Shown here: positions 1-12,700 of the stretch, piece by piece | Position numbering within the stretch: position 1 is the stretch's first letter | Layout: each line of letters starts with the position of its first letter | Notes under the pieces: model-generated | The model's input: only the letters and a program-made list of their open reading frames with translations | The model's database searches: none | Told to the model about the DNA's origin: nothing | DNA from: Gordius albopunctatus | Lineage: Eukaryota | Assembly (NCBI GenBank): GCA_964276515.1 | Contig: OZ193910.1 | Coordinates: 7,378,001 to 7,442,000, forward strand | DNA: 64,000 bases | Direction of reading: 5' to 3' | Made by a program: the position numbers and the translations under genes

Positions 1-84
1 TCAAAAAAATATTTTTCAAGGAATTCACCTCTTATACCGAAAACTTTCATAAGAGCTATATGGTTGAACAAAAAAATTGAAAAA

Positions 85-2900
85 ATTTTGAGGTCGAAAA
101 AAATATTATTTTTCATATTCTTTCGAAAGGGATGATGAAAAAACCTTTAAAAGTTAGTAAATACTCATAGAATTTTGTCCTTGTTAGAATCTTGATAGGA
201 ACTTTTGCGTGGGGTGATGTTTGAGATTGAGAGAAATTAAAATTTAGGTGTACGTTTATATTGTTTCAATATCGCTTTATAAGCGTGTCTCTAGTTTTAG
301 TGAAACAAGCTCTATGCGATCGTGATTTAGAGTTAATAATTTTTGATGACTGATCAAAAAAATGTTTTTAAAGGAATTAACATTTTTTACCGAAAACTTT
401 CATGAGAGCTATATGGTTGAAGAAAAAATTGAAACAATTTTGAGGTCGAAAAAAATATTATTTTTCATATTCTTTCGAAAGGGAGATGAAAAAATCTTTA
501 AAAGTTAGTAAATATTCTTAGCATTTTGTCCTTGTTAGAATCTTGATAGGAATTTATGCGTGGGAGGATGTTTTAGATTGAGAGAAATTAAAATTTAGGT
601 GTTGCGTTTAGATTGATTCAATTTCGCTTTATAAGCGTGTCTCTAGTTTTAGTGAAACAAGCTCTATGCGATCGTGATTTAGAGTTAATAATTTTTCATG
701 ACTGATCAAAAAAAATGTTTTTCAAGGAATTAACATTTTTTACCGAAAACTTTCATGAGAGCTATATGGTTGAACAAAAAAAATTAAAACAATTTTGAGG
801 TCAAAAAAAATATTATTTTTCATATTCTTTCGAAAGGGAGATGAAAAAATCTTTAAAAGTTAGTAAATATTCTTAGCATTTTGTCCTTGTTAGAATCTTG
901 ATAGGAATTTATGCGTGGGAGGATGTTTTAGATTGAGAGAAATTAAAATTTAGGTGTTGCGTTTATATTGTTTCAATATCGCTTTATAAGCGTGTCTCTA
1001 GTTTTAGTGAAACAAGGTCCATGCGATCGTGATTTAGAGTTAATAATTTTTGATGACTGATCAAAAAAATGTTTTTAAAGGAATTAACATTTTTTACCGA
1101 AAACTTTCATGAGAGCTATATGGTTGAACAAAAAAAATTAAAACAATTTTGAGGTCAAAAAAAATATTATTTTTCATATTCTTTCGAAAGGGAGATGAAA
1201 AAATCTTTAAAAGTTAGTAAATATTCTTAGCATTTTGTCCTTGTTAGAATCTTGATAGGAATTTATGCGTGGGAGGATGTTTTAGATTGAGAGAAATTAA
1301 AATTTAGGTGTTGCGTTTATATTGTTTCAATATCGCTTTATAAGCGTGTCTCTAGTTTTAGTGAAACAAGGTCCATGCGATCGTGATTTAGAGTTAATAA
1401 TTTTTGATGACTGATCAAAAAAAATGTTTTTCAAGGAATTAACATTTTTTACCGAAAACTTTCATGAGAGCTATATGGTTGAACAAAAAAAATTAAAACA
1501 ATTTTGAGGTCAAAAAAAATATTATTTTTCATATTCTTTCGAAAGGGAGATGAAAAAATCTTTAAAAGTTAGTAAATATTCTTAGCATTTTGTCCTTGTT
1601 AGAATCTTGATAGGAATTTATGCGTGGGAGGATGTTTTAGATTGAGAGAAATTAAAATTTAGGTGTTGCGTTTATATTGTTTCAATATCGCTTTATAAGC
1701 GTGTCTCTAGTTTTAGTGAAACAAGCTCTATGCGATCGTGATTTAGAGTTAATAATTTTTGATGACTGATCAAAAAAATGTTTTTAAAGGAATTAACATT
1801 TTTTACCGAAAACTTTCATGAGAGCTATATGGTTGAAGAAAAAATTGAAACAATTTTGAGGTCGAAAAAAATATTATTTTTCATATTCTTTCGAAAGGGA
1901 TGATGAAAAAACCTTTAAAAGTTAGTAAATACTCATAGAATTTTGTCCTTGTTAGAATCTTGATAGGAACTTTTGCGTGGGGTGATGTTTGAGATTGAGA
2001 GAAATTAAAATTTAGGTGTACGTTTATATTGTTTCAATATCGCTTTATAAGCGTGTCTCTAGTTTTAGTGAAACAAGCTCTATGCGATCGTGATTTAGAG
2101 TTAATAATTTTTGATGACTGATCAAAAAAATGTTTTTAAAGGAATTAACATTTTTTACCGAAAACTTTCATGAGAGCTATATGGTTGAAGAAAAAATTGA
2201 AACAATTTTGAGGTCGAAAAAAATATTATTTTTCATATTCTTTCGAAAGGGAGATGAAAAAATCTTTAAAAGTTAGTAAATATTCTTAGCATTTTGTCCT
2301 TGTTAGAATCTTGATAGGAATTTATGCGTGGGAGGATGTTTTAGATTGAGAGAAATTAAAATTTAGGTGTTGCGTTTAGATTGATTCAATTTCGCTTTAT
2401 AAGCGTGTCTCTAGTTTTAGTGAAACAAGCTCTATGCGATCGTGATTTAGAGTTAATAATTTTTCATGACTGATCAAAAAAAATGTTTTTCAAGGAATTA
2501 ACATTTTTTACCGAAAACTTTCATGAGAGCTATATGGTTGAACAAAAAAAATTAAAACAATTTTGAGGTCAAAAAAAATATTATTTTTCATATTCTTTCG
2601 AAAGGGAGATGAAAAAATCTTTAAAAGTTAGTAAATATTCTTAGCATTTTGTCCTTGTTAGAATCTTGATAGGAATTTATGCGTGGGAGGATGTTTTAGA
2701 TTGAGAGAAATTAAAATTTAGGTGTTGCGTTTATATTGTTTCAATATCGCTTTATAAGCGTGTCTCTAGTTTTAGTGAAACAAGGTCCATGCGATCGTGA
2801 TTTAGAGTTAATAATTTTTGATGACTGATCAAAAAAATGTTTTTAAAGGAATTAACATTTTTTACCGAAAACTTTCATGAGAGCTATATGGTTGAACAAA
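85..2900 (+). repeat. 5-monomer HOR-type duplication, offset 1768 bp (~85-1130 copied at ~1853-2900)
   Basis: The GGGATGATG allele (~129 and ~1897), the GATTGATTCAATTTCG allele (611 and 2379) and the following TTTTTCATGAC and GGTCAAAA alleles all recur in the same order at +1768. Confidence 0.8.
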
Positions 2901-5900
2901 AAAATTAAAAAAATTTTGAGGTCGAAAAAAATATTATTTTTTATATTCTTTCGAATGGGAGATGAAAAAATCCTTAAAAGTTAGTAAATATTCTTAGCAT
3001 TCTGTCCTTGTTAGAATCTTGAAAGGAATTTTTGCGTGGGGGGATGTTTTAGATTGAGAGAAATTAAAATTTTCGTGTTGCGTTTAGATTGTTTCAATAT
3101 GGCTTTATAAGCGTGTCTCTAGTTTTAGTGAAACAAGGTCCATGCGATCGTGATTTAGAGTTAATAATTTTTGATGACTGATCAAAAAAATGTTTTTCAA
3201 GGAATTCACCTCTTATACCGAAAACTTTCATGAGAGCTATATGGTTGAACAAAAAAAATTAAAACAATTTTGAGGTCGAAAAAAATATTATTTTTCATAT
3301 TCTTTCGAAAGGGAGATGAAAAAAGAATTTTTGCGTGGGGGATGTTTGAGATTGAGAGAAATTAAAATTTTCGTGTTGCGTTTAGATTGTTTCAATATCG
3401 CTTTATAAGCGTGTTTCTAGTTTTAGTGAAACAGGCTCTATGCGATCGTGATTTAGAGTTAATAATTTTTGATGACTGATCAAAAAAATATTTTTCAAGT
3501 AATTAACATTTTTTACCGAAAACTTTCATGAGAGCTATATGGTTGAACAAAAAAATTGAAAAAATTTTGAGGTCGAAAAAAATATTATTTTTCATATTCA
3601 TTCGAAAGCGAGATGAAAAAATCTTTAAAAGTTAGTAAATATTCTTAGCATTTTGTCCTTGTTAGAATCTTGATAGGAATTTATGCGTGGGAGGATGTTT
3701 TAGATTGAGAGAAATTAAAATTTAGGTGTTGCGTTTATATTGTTTCAATATCGCTTTATAAGCGTGTCTCTAGTTTTAGTGAAACAAGCTCTATGCGATC
3801 GTGATTTAGAGTTAATAATTTTTGATGACTGATCAAAAAAATGTTTTTAAAGGAATTCACCTCTTATACCGAAAACTTTCATGAGAGCTATATGGTTGAA
3901 CAAAAAAAATTAAAACAATTTTGAGGTCAAAAAAAATATTATTTTTCATATTCTTTCGAAAGGGAGATGAAAAAAGAATTTTTGCGTGGGGGATGTTTGA
4001 GATTGAGAGAAATTAAAATTTTCGTGTTGCGTTTAGATTGTTTCAATATCGCTTTATAAGCGTGTTTCTAGTTTTAGTGAAACAGGCTCTATGCGATCGT
4101 GATTTAGAGTTAATAATTTTTGATGACTGATCAAAAAAATATTTTTCAAGGAATTCACCTCTTATACCGAAAACTTTCATAAGAGCTATATGGTTGAACA
4201 AAAAAATTGAAAAAATTTTGAGGTCGAAAAAAATATTATTTTTCATATTCTTTCGAAAGGGATGATGAAAAAACCTTTAAAAGTTAGTAAATACTCATAG
4301 AATTTTGTCCTTGTTAGAATCTTGATAGGAACTTTTGCGTGGGGTGATGTTTTAGATTGAGAGAAATTAAAATTTTCGTGTTGCGTTTAGATTGTTTCAA
4401 TATCGCTTTATAAGCGTGTCTCTAGTTTTAGTGAAACAAGCTCCATGCGATCGTGATTTAGAGTTAATAATTTTTGATGACTGATCAAAAAAAATGTTTT
4501 TCAAGGAATTAACATTTTTTACCGAAAACTTTCATGAGAGCTATATGGTTGAAGAAAAAATTGAAACAATTTTGAGGTCGAAAAAAATATTATTTTTCAT
4601 ATTCTTTCGAAAGGGAGATGAAAAAATCTTTAGAAGTTAGTAAATATTCTTAGCATTTTGTCCTTGTTAGAATCTTGATAGGAATTTATGCGTGGGAGGA
4701 TGTTTTAGATTGAGAGAAATTAAAATTTAGGTGTTGCGTTTATATTGTTTCAATATCGCTTTATAAGCGTGTCTCTAGTTTTAGTGAAACAAGCTCTATG
4801 CGATCGTGATTTAGAGTTAATAATTTTTGATGACTGATCAAAAAAATGTTTTTAAAGGAATTCACCTCTTATACCGAAAACTTTCATGAGAGCTATATGG
4901 TTGAACAAAAAAAATTAAAACAATTTTGAGGTCGAAAAAAATATTATTTTTCATATTATTTCGAAAGGGAGATGAAAAAAGAATTTTTGCGTGGGGGATG
5001 TTTGAGATTGAGAGAAATTAAAATTTTCGTGTTGCGTTTAGATTGTTTCAATATCGCTTTATAAGCGTGTTTCTAGTTTTAGTGAAACAGGCTCTATGCG
5101 ATCGTGATTTAGAGTTAATAATTTTTGATGACTGATCAAAAAAATATTTTTCAAGGAATTCACCTCTTATACCGAAAACTTTCATAAGAGCTATATGGTT
5201 GAACAAAAAAATTGAAAAAATTTTGAGGTCGAAAAAAATATTATTTTTCATATTCTTTCGAAAGGGATGATGAAAAAACCTTTAAAAGTTAGTAAATACT
5301 CATAGAATTTTGTCCTTGTTAGAATCTTGATAGGAACTTTTGCGTGGGGTGATGTTTGAGATTGAGAGAAATTAAAATTTAGGTGTACGTTTATATTGTT
5401 TCAATATCGCTTTATAAGCGTGTCTCTAGTTTTAGTGAAACAAGCTCTATGCGATCGTGATTTAGAGTTAATAATTTTTGATGACTGATCAAAAAAATGT
5501 TTTTAAAGGAATTAACATTTTTTACCGAAAACTTTCATGAGAGCTATATGGTTGAAGAAAAAATTGAAACAATTTTGAGGTCGAAAAAAATATTATTTTT
5601 CATATTCTTTCGAAAGGGAGATGAAAAAATCTTTAAAAGTTAGTAAATATTCTTAGCATTTTGTCCTTGTTAGAATCTTGATAGGAATTTATGCGTGGGA
5701 GGATGTTTTAGATTGAGAGAAATTAAAATTTAGGTGTTGCGTTTAGATTGTTTCAATATCGCTTTATAAGCGTGTCTCTAGTTTTAGTGAAACAAGCTCC
5801 ATGCGATCGTGATTTAGAGTTAATAATTTTTCATGACTGATCAAAAAAAATGTTTTTCAAGGAATTAACATTTTTTACCGAAAACTTTAATGAGAGCTAT

Positions 5901-6547
5901 ATGGTTGAAGAAAAAATTGAAACAATTTTGAGGTCGAAAAAAATATTATTTTTCATATTCTTTCGAAAGGGAGATGAAAAAATCTTTAAAAGTTAGTAAA
6001 TATTCTTAGCATTTTGTCCTTGTTAGAATCTTGATAGGAATTTATGCGTGGGAGGATGTTTTAGATTGAGAGAAATTAAAATTTAGGTGTTGCGTTTATA
6101 TTGTTTCAATATCGCTTTATAAGCGTGTCTCTAGTTTTAGTGAAACAAGGTCCATGCGATCGTGATTTAGAGTTAATAATTTTTGATGACTGATCAAAAA
6201 AAATGTTTTTCAAGGAATTAACATTTTTTACCGAAAACTTTCATGAGAGCTATATGGTTGAACAAAAAAATTAAAAAAATTTTGAGGTCGAAAAAAATAT
6301 TATTTTTTATATTCTTTCGAATGGGAGATGAAAAAATCCTTAAAAGTTAGTAAATATTCTTAGCATTCTGTCCTTGTTAGAATCTTGAAAGGAATTTTTG
6401 CGTGGGGGGATGTTTTAGATTGAGAGAAATTAAAATTTTCGTGTTGCGTTTAGATTGTTTCAATATGGCTTTATAAGCGTGTCTCTAGTTTTAGTGAAAC
6501 AAGGTCCATGCGATCGTGATTTAGAGTTAATAATTTTTGATGACTGA

Positions 6548-6900
6548 TCAAAAAAATATTTTTCAAGGAATTCACCTCTTATACCGAAAACTTTCATGAG
6601 AGCTATATGGTTGAACAAAAAAATTGAAAAAATTTTGAGGTCGAAAAAAATATTATTTTTCATATTCTTTCGAAAGGGAGATGAAAAAATCTTTAAAAGT
6701 TAGTAAATATTCTTAGCATTTTGTCCTTGTTAGAATCTTGATAGGAATTTATGCGTGGGAGGATGTTTTAGATTGAGAGAAATTAAAATTTTCGTGTTGC
6801 GTTTAGATTGTTTCAATATCGCTTTATAAGCGTGTCTCTAGTTTTAGTGAAACAAGCTCCATGCGATCGTGATTTAGAGTTAATAATTTTTGATGACTGA
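6548..6900 (+). repeat. Representative full-length 353-bp monomer (phase set at the TCAAAAAAAT following GACTGA)
   Basis: TCAAAAAAAT starts at 6548 and again at 6901. It contains GAATTC (EcoRI, polymorphic between monomers), CTTTCGAAAG and CGATCG (PvuI), with TGATCA (BclI) across the junction. Confidence 0.97.
6656..6688. other. Imperfect inverted repeat (potential hairpin/cruciform), repeated once per monomer
   Basis: TTTTTCAT-ATT-CTTTCGAAAG-GGAG-ATGAAAAA: 8-bp outer arms around a perfect 10-bp palindrome. Confidence 0.75.
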
Positions 6901-9799
6901 TCAAAAAAATGTTTTTCAAGGAATTCACCTCTTATACCGAAAACTTTCATAAGAGCTATATGGTTGAACAAAAAAATTGAAAAAATTTTGAGGTCGAAAA
7001 AAATATTATTTTTCATATTCTTTCGAAAGGGAGATGAAAAAATCTTTAAAAGTTAGTAAATATTCTTAGCATTTTGTCCTTGTTAGAATCTTGATAGGAA
7101 TTTATGCGTGGGAGGATGTTTTAGATTGAGAGAAATTAAAATTTAGGTGTACGTTTATATTGTTTCAATATCGCTTTATAAGCGTGTCTCTAGTTTTAGT
7201 GAAACAAGCTCTATGCGATCGTGATTTAGAGTTAATAATTTTTGATGACTGATCAAAAAATGTTTTTAAAGGAATTAACATTTTTTACCGAAAACTTTCA
7301 TGAGAGCTATATGGTTGAAGAAAAAATTGAAACAATTTTGAGGTCGAAAAAAATATTATTTTTCATATTCTTTCGAAAGGGAGATGAAAAAATCTTTAAA
7401 AGTTAGTAAATATTCTTAGCATTTTGTCCTTGTTAGAATCTTGATAGGAATTTATGCGTGGGAGGATGTTTTAGATTGAGAGAAATTAAAATTTTCGTGT
7501 TGCGTTTAGATTGTTTCAATATCGCTTTATAAGCGTGTCTCTAGTTTTAGTGAAACAAGCTCCATGCGATCGTGATTTAGAGTTAATAATTTTTGATGAC
7601 TGATCAAAAAAATGTTTTTCAAGGAATTCACCTCTTATACCGAAAACTTTCATGAGAGCTATATGGTTGAACAAAAAAAATTAAAACAATTTTGAGGTCG
7701 AAAAAAATATTATTTTTCATATTCTTTCGAAAGGGAGATGAAAAAATCTTTAAAAGTTAGTAAATATTCTTAGCATTTTGTCCTTGTTAGAATCTTGATA
7801 GGAATTTATGCGTGGGGGGATGTTTTAGATTGAGAGAAATTAAAATTTTCGTGTTGCGTTTAGATTGTTTCAATATGGCTTTATAAGCGTGTCTCTAGTT
7901 TTAGTGAAACAAGGTCCATGCGATCGTGATTTAGAGTTAATAATTTTTGATGACTGATCAAAAAAATGTTTTTCAAGGAATTCACCTCTTATACCGAAAA
8001 CTTTCATGAGAGCTATATGGTTGAACAAAAAAAATTAAAACAATTTTGAGGTCGAAAAAAATATTATTTTTCATATTCTTTCGAAAGGGAGATGAAAAAA
8101 TCTTTAAAAGTTAGTAAATATTCTTAGCATTTTGTCCTTGTTAGAATCTTGATAGGAATTTATGCGTGGGAGGATGTTTTAGATTGAGAGAAATTAAAAT
8201 TTAGGTGTACGTTTATATTGTTTCAATATCGCTTTATAAGCGTGTCTCTAGTTTTAGTGAAACAAGCTCTATGCGATCGTGATTTAGAGTTAATAATTTT
8301 TGATGACTGATCAAAAAAATATTTTTAAAGGAATTCACCTCTTATACCGAAAACTTTCATGAGAGCTATATGGTTGAACAAAAAAAATTAAAACAATTTT
8401 GAGGTCGAAAAAAATATTATTTTTCATATTCTTTCGAAAGGGAGATGAAAAAAGAATTTTTGCGTGGGGGATGTTTGAGATTGAGAGAAATTAAAATTTT
8501 CGTGTTGCGTTTAGATTGTTTCAATATCGCTTTATAAGCGTGTTTCTAGTTTTAGTGAAACAGGCTCTATGCGATCGTGATTTAGAGTTAATAATTTTTG
8601 ATGACTGATCAAAAAAATATTTTTAAAGGAATTCACCTCTTATACCGAAAACTTTCATGAGAGCTATATGGTTGAACAAAAAAAATTAAAACAATTTTGA
8701 GGTCGAAAAAAATATTATTTTTCATATTCTTTCGAAAGGGAGATGAAAAAATCTTTAAAAGTTAGTAAATATTCATAGCATTTTGTCCTTGTTAGAATCT
8801 TGATAGGAATTTATGCGTGGGGGATGTTTGAGATTGAGAGAAATTAAAATTTTCGTGTTGCGTTTAGATTGTTTCAATATCGCTTTATAAGCGTGTTTCT
8901 AGTTTTAGTGAAACAGGCTCTATGCGATCGTGATTTAGAGTTAATAATTTTTGATGACTGATCAAAAAAATATTTTTCAAGGAATTCACCTCTTATACCG
9001 AAAACTTTCATAAGAGCTATATGGTTGAACAAAAAAATTGAAAAAATTTTGAGGTCGAAAAAAATATTATTTTTCATATTCTTTCGAAAGGGATGATGAA
9101 AAAACCTTTAAAAGTTAGTAAATACTCATAGAATTTTGTCCTTGTTAGAATCTTGATAGGAACTTTTGCGTGGGGTGATGTTTTAGATTGAGAGAAATTA
9201 AAATTTTCGTGTTGCGTTTAGATTGTTTCAATATCGCTTTATAAGCGTGTCTCTAGTTTTAGTGAAACAAGCTCCATGCGATCGTGATTTAGAGTTAATA
9301 ATTTTTGATGACTGATCAAAAAAAATGTTTTTCAAGGAATTAACATTTTTTACCGAAAACTTTCATGAGAGCTATATGGTTGAAGAAAAAATTGAAACAA
9401 TTTTGAGGTCGAAAAAAATATTATTTTTCATATTCTTTCGAAAGGGAGATGAAAAAATCTTTAGAAGTTAGTAAATATTCTTAGCATTTTGTCCTTGTTA
9501 GAATCTTGATAGGAATTTATGCGTGGGAGGATGTTTTAGATTGAGAGAAATTAAAATTTAGGTGTTGCGTTTATATTGTTTCAATATCGCTTTATAAGCG
9601 TGTCTCTAGTTTTAGTGAAACAAGCTCTATGCGATCGTGATTTAGAGTTAATAATTTTTGATGACTGATCAAAAAAATGTTTTTAAAGGAATTCACCTCT
9701 TATACCGAAAACTTTCATGAGAGCTATATGGTTGAACAAAAAAAATTAAAACAATTTTGAGGTCGAAAAAAATATTATTTTTCATATTATTTCGAAAGG

Positions 9800-12700
9800 G
9801 AGATGAAAAAAGAATTTTTGCGTGGGGGATGTTTGAGATTGAGAGAAATTAAAATTTTCGTGTTGCGTTTAGATTGTTTCAATATCGCTTTATAAGCGTG
9901 TTTCTAGTTTTAGTGAAACAGGCTCTATGCGATCGTGATTTAGAGTTAATAATTTTTGATGACTGATCAAAAAAATATTTTTCAAGGAATTCACCTCTTA
10001 TACCGAAAACTTTCATAAGAGCTATATGGTTGAACAAAAAAATTGAAAAAATTTTGAGGTCGAAAAAAATATTATTTTTCATATTCTTTCGAAAGGGATG
10101 ATGAAAAAACCTTTAAAAGTTAGTAAATACTCATAGAATTTTGTCCTTGTTAGAATCTTGATAGGAACTTTTGCGTGGGGTGATGTTTGAGATTGAGAGA
10201 AATTAAAATTTAGGTGTACGTTTATATTGTTTCAATATCGCTTTATAAGCGTGTCTCTAGTTTTAGTGAAACAAGCTCCATGCGATCGTGATTTAGAGTT
10301 AATAATTTTTCATGACTGATCAAAAAAAATGTTTTTCAAGGAATTAACATTTTTTACCGAAATCTTTAATGAGAGCTATATGGTTGAAGAAAAAATTGAA
10401 ACAATTTTGAGGTCGAAAAAAATATTATTTTTCATATTCTTTCGAAAGGGAGATGAAAAAATCTTTAAAAGTTAGTAAATATTCTTAGCATTTTGTCCTT
10501 GTTAGAATCTTGATAGGAATTTATGCGTGGGAGGATGTTTTAGATTGAGAGAAATTAAAATTTAGGTGTTGCGTTTATATTGTTTCAATATCGCTTTATA
10601 AGCGTGTCTCTAGTTTTAGTGAAACAAGCTCTATGCGATCGTGATTTAGAGTTAATAATTTTTGATGACTGATCAAAAAAATGTTTTTAAAGGAATTCAC
10701 CTCTTATACCGAAAACTTTCATGAGAGCTATATGGTTGAACAAAAAAAATTAAAACAATTTTGAGGTCGAAAAAAATATTATTTTTCATATTATTTCGAA
10801 AGGGAGATGAAAAAAGAATTTTTGCGTGGGGGATGTTTTAGATTGAGAGAAATTAAAATTTAGGTGTTGCGTTTATATTGTTTCAATATCGCTTTATAAG
10901 CGTGTCTCTAGTTTTAGTGAAACAAGCTCTATGCGATCGTGATTTAGAGTTAATAATTTTTGATGACTGATCAAAAAAATGTTTTTAAAGGAATTCACCT
11001 CTTATACCGAAAACTTTCATGAGAGCTATATGGTTGAACAAAAAAAATTAAAACAATTTTGAGGTCGAAAAAAATATTATTTTTCATATTCTTTCGAAAG
11101 GGAGATGAAAAAATCTTTAAAAGTTAGTAAATATTCTTAGCATTTTGTCCTTGTTAGAATCTTGATAGGAATTTATGCGTGGGAGGATGTTTTAGATTGA
11201 GAGAAATTAAAATTTAGGTGTTGCGTTTAGATTGTTTCAATATCGCTTTATAAGCGTGTCTCTAGTTTTAGTGAAACAAGCTCCATGCGATCGTGATTTA
11301 GAGTTAATAATTTTTCATGACTGATCAAAAAAAATGTTTTTCAAGGAATTAACATTTTTTACCGAAATCTTTAATGAGAGCTATATGGTTGAAGAAAAAA
11401 TTGAAACAATTTTGAGGTCGAAAAAAATATTATTTTTCATATTCTTTCGAAAGGGAGATGAAAAAATCTTTAAAAGTTAGTAAATATTCTTAGCATTTTG
11501 TCCTTGTTAGAATCTTGATAGGAATTTATGCGTGGGAGGATGTTTTAGATTGAGAGAAATTAAAATTTAGGTGTTGCGTTTATATTGTTTCAATATCGCT
11601 TTATAAGCGTGTCTCTAGTTTTAGTGAAACAAGGTCCATGCGATCGTGATTTAGAGTTAATAATTTTTGATGACTGATCCAAAAAATGTTTTTCAAGGAA
11701 TTCACCTCTTATACCGAAAACTTTCATGAGAGCTATATGGTTGAACAAAAAAAATTAAAACAATTTTGAGGTCGAAAAAAATATTATTTTTCATATTATT
11801 TCGAAAGGGAGATGAAAAAAGAATTTTTGCGTGGGGGATGTTTGAGATTGAGAGAAATTAAAATTTTCGTGTTGCGTTTAGATTGTTTCAATATCGCTTT
11901 ATAAGCGTGTTTCTAGTTTTAGTGAAACAGGCTCTATGCGATCGTGATTTAGAGTTAATAATTTTTGATGACTGATCAAAAAAATATTTTTCAAGGAATT
12001 CACCTCTTATACCGAAAACTTTCATAAGAGCTATATGGTTGAACAAAAAAATTGAAAAAATTTTGAGGTCGAAAAAAATATTATTTTTCATATTCTTTCG
12101 AAAGGGAGATGAAAAAATCTTTAAAAGTTTGTAAATATTCTTAGCATTTTGTCCTTGTTAGAATCTTGATAGGAATTTATGCGTGGGAGGATGTTTTAGA
12201 TTGAGAGAAATTAAAATTTTCGTGTTGCGTTTAGATTGTTTCAATATGGCTTTATAAGCGTGTCTCTAGTTTTAGTGAAACAAGGTCCATGCGATCGTGA
12301 TTTAGAGTTAATAATTTTTGATGACTGATCCAAAAAATGTTTTTCAAGGAATTCACCTCTTATACCGAAAACTTTCATGAGAGCTATATGGTTGAACAAA
12401 AAAAATTAAAACAATTTTGAGGTCGAAAAAAATATTATTTTTCATATTCTTTCGAAAGGGAGATGAAAAAATCTTTAAAAGTTAGTAAATATTCTTAGCA
12501 TTTTGTCCTTGTTAGAATCTTGATAGGAATTTATGCGTGGGAGGATGTTTTAGATTGAGAGAAATTAAAATTTAGGTGTTGCGTTTAGATTGTTTCAATA
12601 TCGCTTTATAAGCGTGTCTCTAGTTTTAGTGAAACAAGCTCTATGCGATCGTGATTTAGAGTTAATAATTTTTGATGACTGATCAAAAAAATGTTTTTAA

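Larger units (their letters stand above)
3303..8443 (+). repeat. ~5.1-kb block, copy 1 (offset 11507)
   Basis: ORFs at 4043, 5048, 6460 and 6813 recur at 15550, 16555, 17967 and 18320. The rare alleles CAAGTAATT (3500/15007), CATTCGAAAGCGAG and the 6-A GATCAAAAAATG (7251/18758) are shared at +11507. Confidence 0.9.

Noticed and set aside
6665..6685. CENP-B box-like motif at TTTCGAAAGGGAG
   Set aside because: Only TTCG matches. The spaced A and CGGG of the TTCGnnnnAnnCGGG core are absent.
6750..6770. G-quadruplex or telomeric motif at GCGTGGGAGGATG/GTGGGGGG
   Set aside because: Only one or two G-runs per site and no telomeric repeat.
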